Assembly: GCA_944321335.1 (NCBI GenBank)
Contig: CALUKX010000006.1
Location: forward strand, 7,166 to 71,165
DNA: 64,000 nucleotides
Reading direction: 5' to 3'
DNA from: an uncultured Phocaeicola sp.
GTDB lineage: Bacteria > Bacteroidota > Bacteroidia > Bacteroidales > Bacteroidaceae
The translations under genes were made by a program, and so were the position numbers. The notes beneath the pieces are model-generated. The model saw nothing but the letters and a program-made list of their open reading frames with translations, made no database searches and had not been told where the DNA came from. This document shows positions 30,031 to 39,660 of the stretch, in pieces. The number at the start of each line of letters is the position of its first letter. The stretch's first letter is position 1.

Positions 30031-31206
30031 TTAAGGAATATATTCGTAGTGTAACATCTCATTCTGCAATTTCTTCAGAACAAAGAACGGCAGAATCATG
30101 AATAACAATAGAATGACAACCGAGTGCCAGGCATAGATAAGCGGATAACCGTTGAGTGCCAGATTCACATATAGCAGGAAATAGTTGCGCAACGGGAAAA
30201 GGTTGCTCAACGCCTGCAGGGTAGGGTGCATTGCCATAACCGGGAAAGTAAATCCGGAGATGGAAAAAGAAATGACACCCCATAGGGATGCACAGCTCAT
30301 AGCCAGACGCATGCTTCCGAACAGTCCGAAGAAGAATATTCCCAATGCTTGTGATGAAAGTACCAACAACAATCCTGCCAACAACATCGGGAAAATACCG
30401 CTGTTGCATGGGAAATGTTGGAAACCATATAGATAGACATTGTAGAATACGGCTACCACAAAGAAGATGATGGTATGAGGCAACAGTTTTCCTATCAGGG
30501 CCGTGACGATGGAATTGTTTCCCATTTTCAACAACTGGCGGGAAGTCTTGTCCTTAATTTCCACGCCAAGGGCATATGAGGTGGTCAGGAATATCAACAA
30601 CATCAGTATACCTGGAAACAATGTGTTGCACAGATATACCGAATAGTTCAGCCACGGGTTGTTCAATGCATGTGTATCAATGATTATCGGTTGCAGATAT
30701 GCCATAGCCTGATCCATTGTAGCGCCTTTGGCCAACAACGTGCTTCTTCCGACAGCTCCTGAAGCCAGTTCCGACATAGTACGTTGGTCTTTGTAAAGCA
30801 ATGAACCGGCTATCAGGTAAGAATAGTTGATATAGAATGAAACCGTTGGCTGCCGACCGGAAATCGCCTCTTCGGTTGTTCCTTTCGGAATATAGTAGAA
30901 AGAGTAAATTTCGCCTTTCTGCATAGCCTCACGTGCCTCGTTGAAGGAACTGAAGTGTTCGATAATCTGTGTATTCTGAAACGCATCCAGATTCCGGATG
31001 ATATTGCGTGTGGTCGAGGTATTGTCCAAATCCACCACGCCTGCCGGCAGGTCGTTGGGCAATCCTTTGCTCATCAGTGTAGTAAAGAAGATGAAACAGA
31101 AGATTGGTGCAACCAGCATGCAGAATACATACATGGGCTTACTCGCTATACGGCGAAGCTCGCGCATAGAGATCAGCAACAGGCGTTTATGGATCGTTAT
31201 CGGCAT
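30031..31206 (-). CDS. ABC-2 type permease (YbhS-like)
   Basis: GVVDLDNT, NPWLNYSVYL and SGFTFP motifs; same topology as its neighbour. Confidence 0.88.
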   Translation of the reverse strand: MPITIHKRLLLISMRELRRIASKPMYVFCMLVAPIFCFIFFTTLMSKGLPNDLPAGVVDLDNTSTTRNIIRNLDAFQNTQIIEHFSSFNEAREAMQKGEIYSFYYIPKGTTEEAISGRQPTVSFYINYSYLIAGSLLYKDQRTMSELASGAVGRSTLLAKGATMDQAMAYLQPIIIDTHALNNPWLNYSVYLCNTLFPGILMLLIFLTTSYALGVEIKDKTSRQLLKMGNNSIVTALIGKLLPHTIIFFVVAVFYNVYLYGFQHFPCNSGIFPMLLAGLLLVLSSQALGIFFFGLFGSMRLAMSCASLWGVISFSISGFTFPVMAMHPTLQALSNLFPLRNYFLLYVNLALNGYPLIYAWHSVVILLLFMILPFFVLKKLQNEMLHYEYIP

Positions 31207-31215
31207 AGTTCGTTT

Positions 31216-32202
31216 TTATTTTTCAATAATGGCTGACATTCCCGGACGGAGATTCTCGATGGGTTGTGTCGGACGCGCTTTCACCTCAAAGGTCTTCAGG
31301 TCAAACTGACCGGTTGTCTTTGTTGCTTTCCAGGCGGCATAAGTCCCTAAGTCTTTCATGGAAGTGACTTTCAGAGTCACATCCTTTTCGAGAGCCGGAA
31401 CATAGGCTGTGATTTGACCGTTCACTTTGAAATCTTTCAGGAAATCTTCGCGGACATTGAAAGTTATCCACATGTCATCGAGTTCGGCGATGTTCATGAT
31501 CGGAGCACCGGTTCCTACCAATTCACCTACTTTCGGGAAAATCTCAGTCACTTCACCATCGGCCGAAGCTGTCAGAATAGTTTCGTCGATGTAAGCGTTG
31601 ACTTCGGCTACGGCGCCTTTGGCGCGTTCAACTTGTGCAGCTGCCGCTTCCTTGTCTTCACGCTGGGCACCATTCTTTGCCATTGTATACTGAGCCTTGG
31701 CTGCGCGTTCGGTTGCAATCATCGCATCGTATTGTGCTTTGGCTTCATCGCGTTTCTGTGCCGACATCACCCCTTCTTCATAGAGGCGGTTGACGCGGTT
31801 GTATGATTTCTCTGCGATATCAAGTCCGGCTTTCGCTTTCTGCCACATTTCGTAGGCTGCCTGCAACTGTTCGGAACGGGTGCCTCTTTCGGCTTTCTCG
31901 TTCAATGCCTGTGCAGCCTGTTCGACAGCCCGAGCCTGTGAAAGCTTGGCCATGACATCGGGCGCTTCGAGGATAGCCAGAGTATCGCCGGCCTTTACTT
32001 TGTCACCTTCACTGACGAGGAATTTCAGAATACGTCCCGGAACCTTGCTTGATACACGGTATTCGGTAGCTTCTGCCTGTCCTTGAATGATTTCCGGACC
32101 TTTACCTAAGGTAAAGAACCCTATCACACTAACCAGAATAACGACTCCTGTCAGTGTACAGAGTGCCAGAATAATGTTGTTGCGTTGAGATTTTTCAGCC
32201 AT
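31216..32202 (-). CDS. HlyD family periplasmic adaptor
   Basis: VSSKVPGRI..VSEGDKVKAGD lipoyl-like motif, helical hairpin, LRPGMS. Confidence 0.92.
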   Translation of the reverse strand: MAEKSQRNNIILALCTLTGVVILVSVIGFFTLGKGPEIIQGQAEATEYRVSSKVPGRILKFLVSEGDKVKAGDTLAILEAPDVMAKLSQARAVEQAAQALNEKAERGTRSEQLQAAYEMWQKAKAGLDIAEKSYNRVNRLYEEGVMSAQKRDEAKAQYDAMIATERAAKAQYTMAKNGAQREDKEAAAAQVERAKGAVAEVNAYIDETILTASADGEVTEIFPKVGELVGTGAPIMNIAELDDMWITFNVREDFLKDFKVNGQITAYVPALEKDVTLKVTSMKDLGTYAAWKATKTTGQFDLKTFEVKARPTQPIENLRPGMSAIIEK

Positions 32203-32211
32203 ATCAGTTTC

Positions 32212-33669
32212 TTATTTTAATGTTCCCATTGATTTGTTCAAATATACTTCACTCATCTTCATGTCGATCTGAGCATCAATTTTGTTGGATTGGGCAGAAA
32301 GCCATGCCGTTTGTGCTTCAAGCACATTGCTGGTCGGTATCACGCCTTCCTTGAAGCCGAGGTTGGCATAACGAAGGTTTTCTTCGGCCTTTTCCATATT
32401 CTTCTCGGCCATTGCAAGCTTCTTGGTTGCTTCGTTGACCTTATAGGTGCTTTGGGTTACCTGTAACTCGATCTTTTCCTTGGCATCGTCCAACTGATAT
32501 CGGGCGATGTTGGCTTCGGCTTTGGCTGCTTTGACCTTATAGATTCCTTCTCCCCAATGGAATACCGGAATCTTGACTACAACACCTATTCCCCACATTC
32601 CTCGGAACTTGTTCTCAAATCCGTTGAATAACGATGGATTGGTAAATAAATAGCTGGCAGTAAAACCGACAGACGGTAGGTAGTCGGCACGTGTTACATT
32701 TACTTTCTGTTGATATATCTTGGTAGCCAGATCCAGACTTTTCAGCTCTTCACGATTGGCCAGTGCTGTGGTGACATTACTTTCCGTATGCGTATTGGGC
32801 AATGTCAGGTTTTCCATATCTTCATCGGCCAGACTGATATCTGTATTCAAAGGAATGCCACAAAGCTGGCAAAGTACCATCTTCGACAAACTCAGTCCGT
32901 TTTCTACTTGGGTAAGTGTCATTTCGGCTTCGTTGACCTTTACTTTCACGCTCAATCCGTCGGCACGGGTGGCTACTCCTTCTTCAACCATCCTGTCGAT
33001 ATCCGAATCGAGCTTTTTGACAAGTTCAAGATAGCTCTCCGCCAATTTTTTCTTGTTTACCAACGATATTACCTGCCAATAGGCCTGGTCGGTATTCAGA
33101 ATCAGGTCTTCCATGCCGGTTGCATGTTGTGACATGGCCAGCTGTTCGGCATACTTGGTAATCTTGTTGTATGCCATGATTTTACCTCCCATGAAAATCG
33201 GTTGGGTGAGGGTTGCTACTCCGGCATACAAATTACGTGTATCTGTATGGAATGCATCTACAATTTTTTGTCCTTGAGCGTTCAGACCTTGCGCCAGATT
33301 TCCCACAATCGGTTGCAGGATGGCATCAAATTCGGGTGGAATAGGGATAGGAAGTTGCCCGGCTATTCCTTGTATGGTCTGTTGCAGACCGGTTCCGATA
33401 TTGCCGATAGCCTGTTTCTGTCCATCGCTTAAAAGTGAAATCTCTTTCTGCGTTCGCATGTATGTACCCATGACGTCAATCTTGGGTAGGAAATTGGTAA
33501 ATGCAGCTTTCTGCTCGTAATGGGCGGCATTTATCTTTTCCTGTGCGATACGTAGCTCCTTGTTGTTGGCCAGAGCTAGTGCACGGCAACTGTCGAGGTC
33601 AAGCATCCGCTGAGCATGCATACCCAACGATACTCCCGACAAGAGGATGACAGTGAGGATTCGTTTCAT
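32212..33669 (-). CDS. TolC family outer membrane factor
   Basis: Signal peptide; ALANNKEL, LTQPIFMGG and IPVFHWG OMF repeats. Confidence 0.92.
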   Translation of the reverse strand: MKRILTVILLSGVSLGMHAQRMLDLDSCRALALANNKELRIAQEKINAAHYEQKAAFTNFLPKIDVMGTYMRTQKEISLLSDGQKQAIGNIGTGLQQTIQGIAGQLPIPIPPEFDAILQPIVGNLAQGLNAQGQKIVDAFHTDTRNLYAGVATLTQPIFMGGKIMAYNKITKYAEQLAMSQHATGMEDLILNTDQAYWQVISLVNKKKLAESYLELVKKLDSDIDRMVEEGVATRADGLSVKVKVNEAEMTLTQVENGLSLSKMVLCQLCGIPLNTDISLADEDMENLTLPNTHTESNVTTALANREELKSLDLATKIYQQKVNVTRADYLPSVGFTASYLFTNPSLFNGFENKFRGMWGIGVVVKIPVFHWGEGIYKVKAAKAEANIARYQLDDAKEKIELQVTQSTYKVNEATKKLAMAEKNMEKAEENLRYANLGFKEGVIPTSNVLEAQTAWLSAQSNKIDAQIDMKMSEVYLNKSMGTLK

Positions 33670-33697
33670 TACCTGATTTAGCTTAAAGTTGAGTTTA

Positions 33698-33723
33698 GTT
33701 GCTTATGCAACGGAGCAAATGTA
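33698..33723 (-). promoter_or_regulatory. -7 box plus palindromic operator candidate for the TolC-HlyD-ABC operon
   Basis: CAAATGTA at 33716-33723 (TACATTTG on -); GTTGC-TTAT-GCAAC at 33698-33711. Confidence 0.5.
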
Positions 33724-33843
33724 CACAATATTAACAAATTGGCAAATGAAAAGATTAAAAAGATTGTCGATGCAACTTGTTTTTTTATTTTTTTAAAAAC
33801 TTATCCTTCTATAGTATCGTCTGAATATATCCTGAAAGAGTGC

Positions 33844-33889
33844 AAAAAATATCCTTTTGCATGGTTTTTAATGTTGTGCAAAAGGATAT
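33844..33889 (-). terminator. Terminator after the S41 peptidase gene
   Basis: 13-bp IR ATATCCTTTTGCA/TGCAAAAGGATAT with an adjacent A-run. Confidence 0.7.
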
Positions 33890-33916
33890 CATATTGGTTG
33901 AGTGTTAAATCTGTAT

Positions 33917-35278
33917 TTATCTGGTGATTCGGGCAATCTTTTGTTTGCGTGCAAGCGGATTGAGCAAAACGGATGAGCCATGGTTGCTTTCTCTTGAAAA
34001 CTCAACCGTTTCATCTGTTTCATCTTCCGGGAAATTACCTGTTGCCATATGCTGTAGTATAGGGGAGAGGAGGATGTCTTCTTTTGTTCCAAGTTCCCCG
34101 ATTTCGCCTGCCAAATTCTCTACTTGTGTATATGTTGGCTCAAGCCCAGTTGTATAGTAATCATAATATCCTTCAGAATTTGCTATATATGATGTGGTGA
34201 GCCAGAATTCCAGTAGAGGATGTTCTTCTGAAGTGAAAAGGCTTTGTGCGACATTCTTTCCGAATGTTGCTTCTCCAACTTGAATCAGACGATCACCCAA
34301 GTACGGTTTGAGACAATTGATTACTAATTCAGATGCCGATGCGGTCGATTCTGTTGTAATGATATATAGATTCCGGAATGATGCATGCGATACTCCATGA
34401 AGTAATTGCGGGTCAAGTGTATAACTGATCGTTTGTTCGAATTTGTCATTTGGTATCAAATTCACAAAGTTCTTTCCCATGGCATTATCCGGAGCTAGAA
34501 TTGTTCCTAAAAGCAAGGCTGTGTTGACATAACCTCCCGGATTATATCTCAAATCTAGAATGATATCATCGGGCGATTGTGTCATTCCCTGGTTGAATGC
34601 CTCTTTCAGTTGGTCCTCTTCTTCATTGTTAAAGCTATTATACATTATGTAGAATGCTTTCCGGTTGCCCGATTGTATTGTTTTGGTAAGATAGACACTT
34701 GGCTCATCTACATATCGGGGAGATGGCATTTCGACGGAAAGTGTATCAAATGTTCCGGTTGCATTTTTACGGGCTATCTGATAGGTCCATGAACGGGAAG
34801 GGTGTTGTATATATTGCTCGTAATTGTTGCTGGTAATCTTATATCCATTAGCCGAAATAATCCAGTCGCCACGTCGGATTCCTACATCCGAAGCCGGAGA
34901 GTTGTCGTAGGTCAATAAAACATGTACTTCATTGTTCCCGGCTGCATTCCGGACCAAGACACTTTCAATCCCAAACGACGGATAATCACTTATGCTTCGT
35001 GATATTTTTACCGAATCGATATGCGAGAATATGACTCCATTCTTCTGGTCACGAGGAGCAACAACCGATTGTAAGAAAATATCCGGTTTTTTGAAGAAAT
35101 TCAGACCGTCTTCTGCAGGCAACTCATCATAAAACAAATAGTTTTCCTGCATCGTTTCGTACATCCAGGTTTTAGTTGATATCAAGGCATAATATTCCCC
35201 CGTACGGTCTTCTCCGCAAGAAGAGATGGCCATAGCAAATATCAGTCCTGTAATCAGTGAAATCGGGTGTATGCGCAT
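33917..35278 (-). CDS. S41 family (C-terminal processing-like) peptidase, lipoprotein with PDZ
   Basis: Lipobox ISSC; SPASDVGIRRGD (PDZ), DLRYNPGG, TASASE and TFGK motifs. Confidence 0.9.
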   Translation of the reverse strand: MRIHPISLITGLIFAMAISSCGEDRTGEYYALISTKTWMYETMQENYLFYDELPAEDGLNFFKKPDIFLQSVVAPRDQKNGVIFSHIDSVKISRSISDYPSFGIESVLVRNAAGNNEVHVLLTYDNSPASDVGIRRGDWIISANGYKITSNNYEQYIQHPSRSWTYQIARKNATGTFDTLSVEMPSPRYVDEPSVYLTKTIQSGNRKAFYIMYNSFNNEEEDQLKEAFNQGMTQSPDDIILDLRYNPGGYVNTALLLGTILAPDNAMGKNFVNLIPNDKFEQTISYTLDPQLLHGVSHASFRNLYIITTESTASASELVINCLKPYLGDRLIQVGEATFGKNVAQSLFTSEEHPLLEFWLTTSYIANSEGYYDYYTTGLEPTYTQVENLAGEIGELGTKEDILLSPILQHMATGNFPEDETDETVEFSRESNHGSSVLLNPLARKQKIARITR

Positions 35279-35282
35279 AGCT

Positions 35283-36155
35283 TTATTGTTTCATTTCAAA
35301 TGAGTTCTGACCAATCATATTACCGTCGGCAAAGATGTATACATTGTATCTTCCTGCTGGCAGGTATTCCTCCACATTCCAATATACAGTCACATTTTGT
35401 TCCTCTCCGGTATATTCAATGTATTTTTTGATGGAATAGGTTATTTCTCTGTCTTCAAACTGGAACTTTGTATTGCCTTTTGAAAGTATTTCATTGTCCG
35501 GTTTTGCGATGCGTATATAAAGAGTCTTGTTGCCGGTTTCAGCTGTAATATTCTTGACTATTGTGAATGAAATGGCAATCTTGCTGACATCTTTTACCTT
35601 ACGTGCCTGTTTGCCACGTTTGTTTAATGGTTGGGCATTGATGTTGGTAGCGTCCAGTTGGGCGGCCAAAGTCACTTTTTCATGCAAGTCCTGTTTCTCT
35701 GCTGAAAGTGTGTTGATTTGTTCGGTCGCTGCGGTATATTTATTCTTTACCTCTTCATTCTCTTCCTGCAAGGCTGCGTTTAGTCGGTTCAGTGAATCGA
35801 TTTGTACAACATAGCTTCTCAATACAGCACGAACTGTTTTCAATTCCTTTTTCAATCTCATGATTTCGGCAGTATTGGTGGTCTTGACTTGACGTAGCTC
35901 TTCCAGCAAACGTTGGGTTTTCAGTTTCTCACTTTCCAACTTTTCACGTAAGGAATCATTGGTAATTTGTACTTGTAGTTCGTCGTATTGTGTGGCGAAT
36001 TTGCTATAATCGTTTTCCATTTCTTCTTTTTCGATAGCAAAGAATTCGGCCATTTCCTTGTTCTTATTAAATTCTCGTAGGGCCAGGAAGGATACTCCCG
36101 CCACAATGATAATTAATGCTACGATAGCAATAATAAGTTTTCTGCTCTTTTCCAT
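35283..36155 (-). CDS. Membrane-anchored coiled-coil protein with C-terminal beta domain, unknown function
   Basis: One TM, a long heptad region and an Ig-like tail GRYNVYIFADG; likely start MEKSRK at 36155. Confidence 0.8.
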   Translation of the reverse strand: MEKSRKLIIAIVALIIIVAGVSFLALREFNKNKEMAEFFAIEKEEMENDYSKFATQYDELQVQITNDSLREKLESEKLKTQRLLEELRQVKTTNTAEIMRLKKELKTVRAVLRSYVVQIDSLNRLNAALQEENEEVKNKYTAATEQINTLSAEKQDLHEKVTLAAQLDATNINAQPLNKRGKQARKVKDVSKIAISFTIVKNITAETGNKTLYIRIAKPDNEILSKGNTKFQFEDREITYSIKKYIEYTGEEQNVTVYWNVEEYLPAGRYNVYIFADGNMIGQNSFEMKQ

Positions 36156-36225
36156 CTCTGTTTTTTGTTTTGCACAAAAATACAATAATTTATATACAAG
36201 CATTCATTTTCAGTGTAAAAAAATG

Positions 36226-37938
36226 CTATTCTTGCTCTTGAAAAAAGATTGAATAGGATGCATTATAGTCCCACTTTTTAAATTTTATTATTTTGTATCT
36301 AGTGCTATTGTTGTCAATCCAGAGGTTTAATCTTTCTATCATTTGAGGGATTCCGGATTCGGTATAAGCTATGATTTTTTGGACGTCTCCATTGTATGAA
36401 GTATAAATAGGTTTACAGATACTTGATGATGTTAGGTAATGACAATTCATTATATTCCCTATATAGTTGCTATAAACGAGATAGGCATGGCGTGATTCAC
36501 TGATTTTGACATTTGAGTAACAATTTTCCATATAGGAGCTTGATTCGGTCTGATAACAAATTCCTCCGAATGAATGGATGTTATTCAAGCTGACTTGAGA
36601 GACATAGCTATTTAGAATAAATTTGAAATTTTTGCCACAAATGCCTCCACCTTGTTTTGCTCCTTTTATAGTTAGATTATTTACAGAGCAGTTTGCAACA
36701 TATCCACTGTTAACTCCTATTAGAGCACTGCTTATATTGACGTTATTGTTAATATTACATGTCTGAATGTGGCAATTTGAGACTATCCCATAATTTTTCC
36801 CAACTAAAAAAGAAAGGAAAAAAGTTTCGTTATTGACAGTTGATGAGAGCGATACATCTTTTAGTTTCAGATTATACAATCTTCCTGATGTGTCAATTGT
36901 ATGGAAAAGGCCATAATATGTTAAAGAAGAATTATTCGCTGTAATATTAAGATTGTATATAGTATATCCATTACCTTCAAAGATGTCTTTGAAGGTAATA
37001 GGATTATTGATTCTGTTGTTCAAATCATTCAGTTTTTTGTTGTCTTCTTCTGTGAAGTAAATATCATTTTTAAGATTATATGTAGTTATACCTTCTTTTG
37101 TAACACAGAAATCGGTTAAACACCTGTCTTCATACGTCAATCCGTTATAGAGGGCATAGAATGCCAGAAAATCATCAGCTGTATAAATTCCGTGAATTTC
37201 GCTCTCCGTTTGGATCAGGCAAGTGTAAGCATGGCCTTGGCTATAACTTCTTGGGGTTATATTTATTGGGATGACTTGGTCGTTGGTTTCGATCGCTAGT
37301 TTCAGACCTAAATTATCTGTAGCAGGGATAATGATTGAGTAAGGCTTGTCTTTTTGGGCTTCAAAGATAACTGTTCCAGCCGGATCTTGACTATAGGTAA
37401 TACTTCCGTTGCTAGGATTGATTGATTCGATTTTCTGAGATGGGGTGATAGAAAGGGTCTTTACCTGATCCTGCATTTCTGGACTCAATGTAAAATTCAG
37501 TTGGGCAAACAAGTGTTCGAATTGTAACTCCACAGGGTTGGGATAGGATACATTCTTTTTGCACAGCAGAATGTCTGTGAGCTCATTGTTTTCGTTGTAA
37601 AGGGAGAACGTTGGGGAGTATAAAGAAGGATAAATGGCACAGACTGATGCTTCTGTGCCGGTTTCGGTCCATTCGGGGGCGCTTTCGGATTTCCACTCTG
37701 AATTTTGGTAGGTCAATGTGATGCAATCGGCATGTAATCCTCCTGTTGCGCTGAAGGTTATTTCGCTTCCATCTTGGATGATTGTTTCATTGGAGCGAGA
37801 ATTAGGTTGATTAGCATAGTTCATGCATGTGTTTCCTGTAATGGTACAAGTTTCGAACCCATCTGAAAATGTAGGTGTGTTTGTTTGACATCCGTTTAAT
37901 AATATACAGGATGATAAATAGAAAAATAGACGTTTCAT
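36226..37938 (-). CDS. Fimbrillin (Mfa-like) lipoprotein with a GLUG-like repeat C-terminal region
   Basis: Lipobox LNGC; AIYP, DILL and LQFEHLFAQL fimbrillin motifs; FEGNGYTIYNL, GLF and GGICG GLUG-type repeats. Confidence 0.78.
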   Translation of the reverse strand: MKRLFFYLSSCILLNGCQTNTPTFSDGFETCTITGNTCMNYANQPNSRSNETIIQDGSEITFSATGGLHADCITLTYQNSEWKSESAPEWTETGTEASVCAIYPSLYSPTFSLYNENNELTDILLCKKNVSYPNPVELQFEHLFAQLNFTLSPEMQDQVKTLSITPSQKIESINPSNGSITYSQDPAGTVIFEAQKDKPYSIIIPATDNLGLKLAIETNDQVIPINITPRSYSQGHAYTCLIQTESEIHGIYTADDFLAFYALYNGLTYEDRCLTDFCVTKEGITTYNLKNDIYFTEEDNKKLNDLNNRINNPITFKDIFEGNGYTIYNLNITANNSSLTYYGLFHTIDTSGRLYNLKLKDVSLSSTVNNETFFLSFLVGKNYGIVSNCHIQTCNINNNVNISSALIGVNSGYVANCSVNNLTIKGAKQGGGICGKNFKFILNSYVSQVSLNNIHSFGGICYQTESSSYMENCYSNVKISESRHAYLVYSNYIGNIMNCHYLTSSSICKPIYTSYNGDVQKIIAYTESGIPQMIERLNLWIDNNSTRYKIIKFKKWDYNASYSIFFQEQE

Positions 37939-37996
37939 AATTTACTTTTTATTATGCATAACGCCAATATTCATTATTTGTACAACAAAAATAAAT

Positions 37997-38034
37997 AAAA
38001 ATGTGCCGCTAAACCTTCACAGGCTGGCGGCACA
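37997..38034 (-). terminator. Terminator after gdhB
   Basis: TGTGCCGCTA/TGGCGGCACA stem plus an A-run. Confidence 0.7.
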
Positions 38035-38095
38035 CATTACAATACAAAATACAAATACAACTAAACGAGATATTTTTTGCAAATAAGAATCTTTC

Positions 38096-39433
38096 TTAAA
38101 CGATGCCTTGAGCCATCATGGCATGGGCAACTTTCATGAATCCGGCAATGTTTGCACCCTTTACATAATTGATGTATCCATCGGGTTCGGTTCCGTATTT
38201 CACACATTGTTCATGGATATCATGCATGATTGTATGCAGCTTGTCGTCCACTTCCTGGGCGCTCCAGCTCATGTGCATGGCGTTCTGGCTCATTTCCAGA
38301 CCGGAGGTAGCTACTCCTCCTGCATTGACAGCCTTACCCGGTGCATACATGATTTTATGTTCGATAAAAGCATCGATAGCTTCAGGCGTACAACCCATAT
38401 TGGAGATTTCACCGATGCAAAGTACGGAATTTTTTATCAAATTTGCAGCATCTTCGCCATTTAATTCGTTCTGTGTTGCACAAGGAAGTGCAATATCGAC
38501 CTTCACTTCCCATGGACGACGGCCTTCAACGAATGTCGCATTTGGAAATTTTTCAGCATAGGGGGCGACGATATCATTGCCCGAAGCCCGAAGTTCAAGC
38601 ATATAGTCGATTTTTTCTCCACAGATTCCTTCCGGGTCATAAACATAGCCGTCGGGACCGGAGAGAGTAACGACTTTGGCTCCTAATTGTGTAGCTTTGG
38701 TTGCGGCTCCCCATGCTACATTCCCGAAACCGGAAATGGCTACTGTCTTACCTTTAATATCTATGCCTTTCTTGTCGAGCATGTGTTTCACGAAATAAAG
38801 ACCCCCGAAACCGGTTGCTTCGGGACGGATCAGTGAGCCGCCGTATTCCAAACCCTTGCCGGTAAATGTTCCGGTAAATTCACGCGTCAGCTTCTTATAC
38901 ATACCGAACATGTAACCGACTTCGCGACCGCCTACACCGATATCGCCGGCCGGTACATCCATATCGGGACCGAGATGACGCCACAATTCCAACATAAATG
39001 CCTGGCAGAAGCGCATGATTTCAGCTTCACTCTTTCCGCGTGGAGAAAAATCGGAACCGCCTTTGCCTCCACCCATCGGAAGAGTTGTCAAGGCATTCTT
39101 GAATGTCTGTTCGAATCCCAAGAATTTGAGGATGGACAGATTTACGGATGCGTGAAATCGGATACCGCCCTTATATGGTCCGATTGCATTATTGAATTGT
39201 ACACGATAACCTAAGTTGACCTGTACCTTACCTTTATCATCTACCCATGGTACACGAAATGTGATGATACGATCCGGTTCAACCAAACGCTCAATTAAGG
39301 AAACCTTTTCGAATTCAGGATGTTGGTTGTAAACATCTTCTATTGAAATAAGGACCTCCTTCACTGCTTGTAAATATTCCATTTCACCCGGATGCTTAGC
39401 CTCCAGCGATGACATAATTTGGTTAATGTTCAT
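38096..39433 (-). CDS. gdhB: Glutamate dehydrogenase, GdhB-like (probably NAD-preferring)
   Basis: GPYKGGIRFH, MGGGKGG, DVPAGDIGVG, RPEATG and SGFGNV motifs; N-terminus MNINQIMSSLEAKHPGE resembles Bacteroides GdhB. The cofactor is inferred. Confidence 0.88.
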   Translation of the reverse strand: MNINQIMSSLEAKHPGEMEYLQAVKEVLISIEDVYNQHPEFEKVSLIERLVEPDRIITFRVPWVDDKGKVQVNLGYRVQFNNAIGPYKGGIRFHASVNLSILKFLGFEQTFKNALTTLPMGGGKGGSDFSPRGKSEAEIMRFCQAFMLELWRHLGPDMDVPAGDIGVGGREVGYMFGMYKKLTREFTGTFTGKGLEYGGSLIRPEATGFGGLYFVKHMLDKKGIDIKGKTVAISGFGNVAWGAATKATQLGAKVVTLSGPDGYVYDPEGICGEKIDYMLELRASGNDIVAPYAEKFPNATFVEGRRPWEVKVDIALPCATQNELNGEDAANLIKNSVLCIGEISNMGCTPEAIDAFIEHKIMYAPGKAVNAGGVATSGLEMSQNAMHMSWSAQEVDDKLHTIMHDIHEQCVKYGTEPDGYINYVKGANIAGFMKVAHAMMAQGIV

Positions 39434-39660
39434 AACATCTTGGTTTAAGGTCTGACAAAATGAAATTTTTGTATGTGCAAAGTTATTATTTTATACGTCT
39501 TATCCAAATATTTTCAGATGAATTTGAGTGGTAATGGTGATAAAATGTTAAACCGATTATTCTTTCTAATATGTATGGTATTTCCTTTTATAATCAGTTG
39601 GAAAAGTCGTTATAAATGCTTTAATTTGTTTTTGTAAGTATTAATCTCAAATCTAGGACT

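Noticed and set aside
36226-37938. Diversity-generating retroelement target
   Set aside because: No reverse transcriptase and no template/variable repeat pair seen in the window.
38039-38062. Short AATACA repeats after gdhB
   Set aside because: Too short and low-complexity to support a function.
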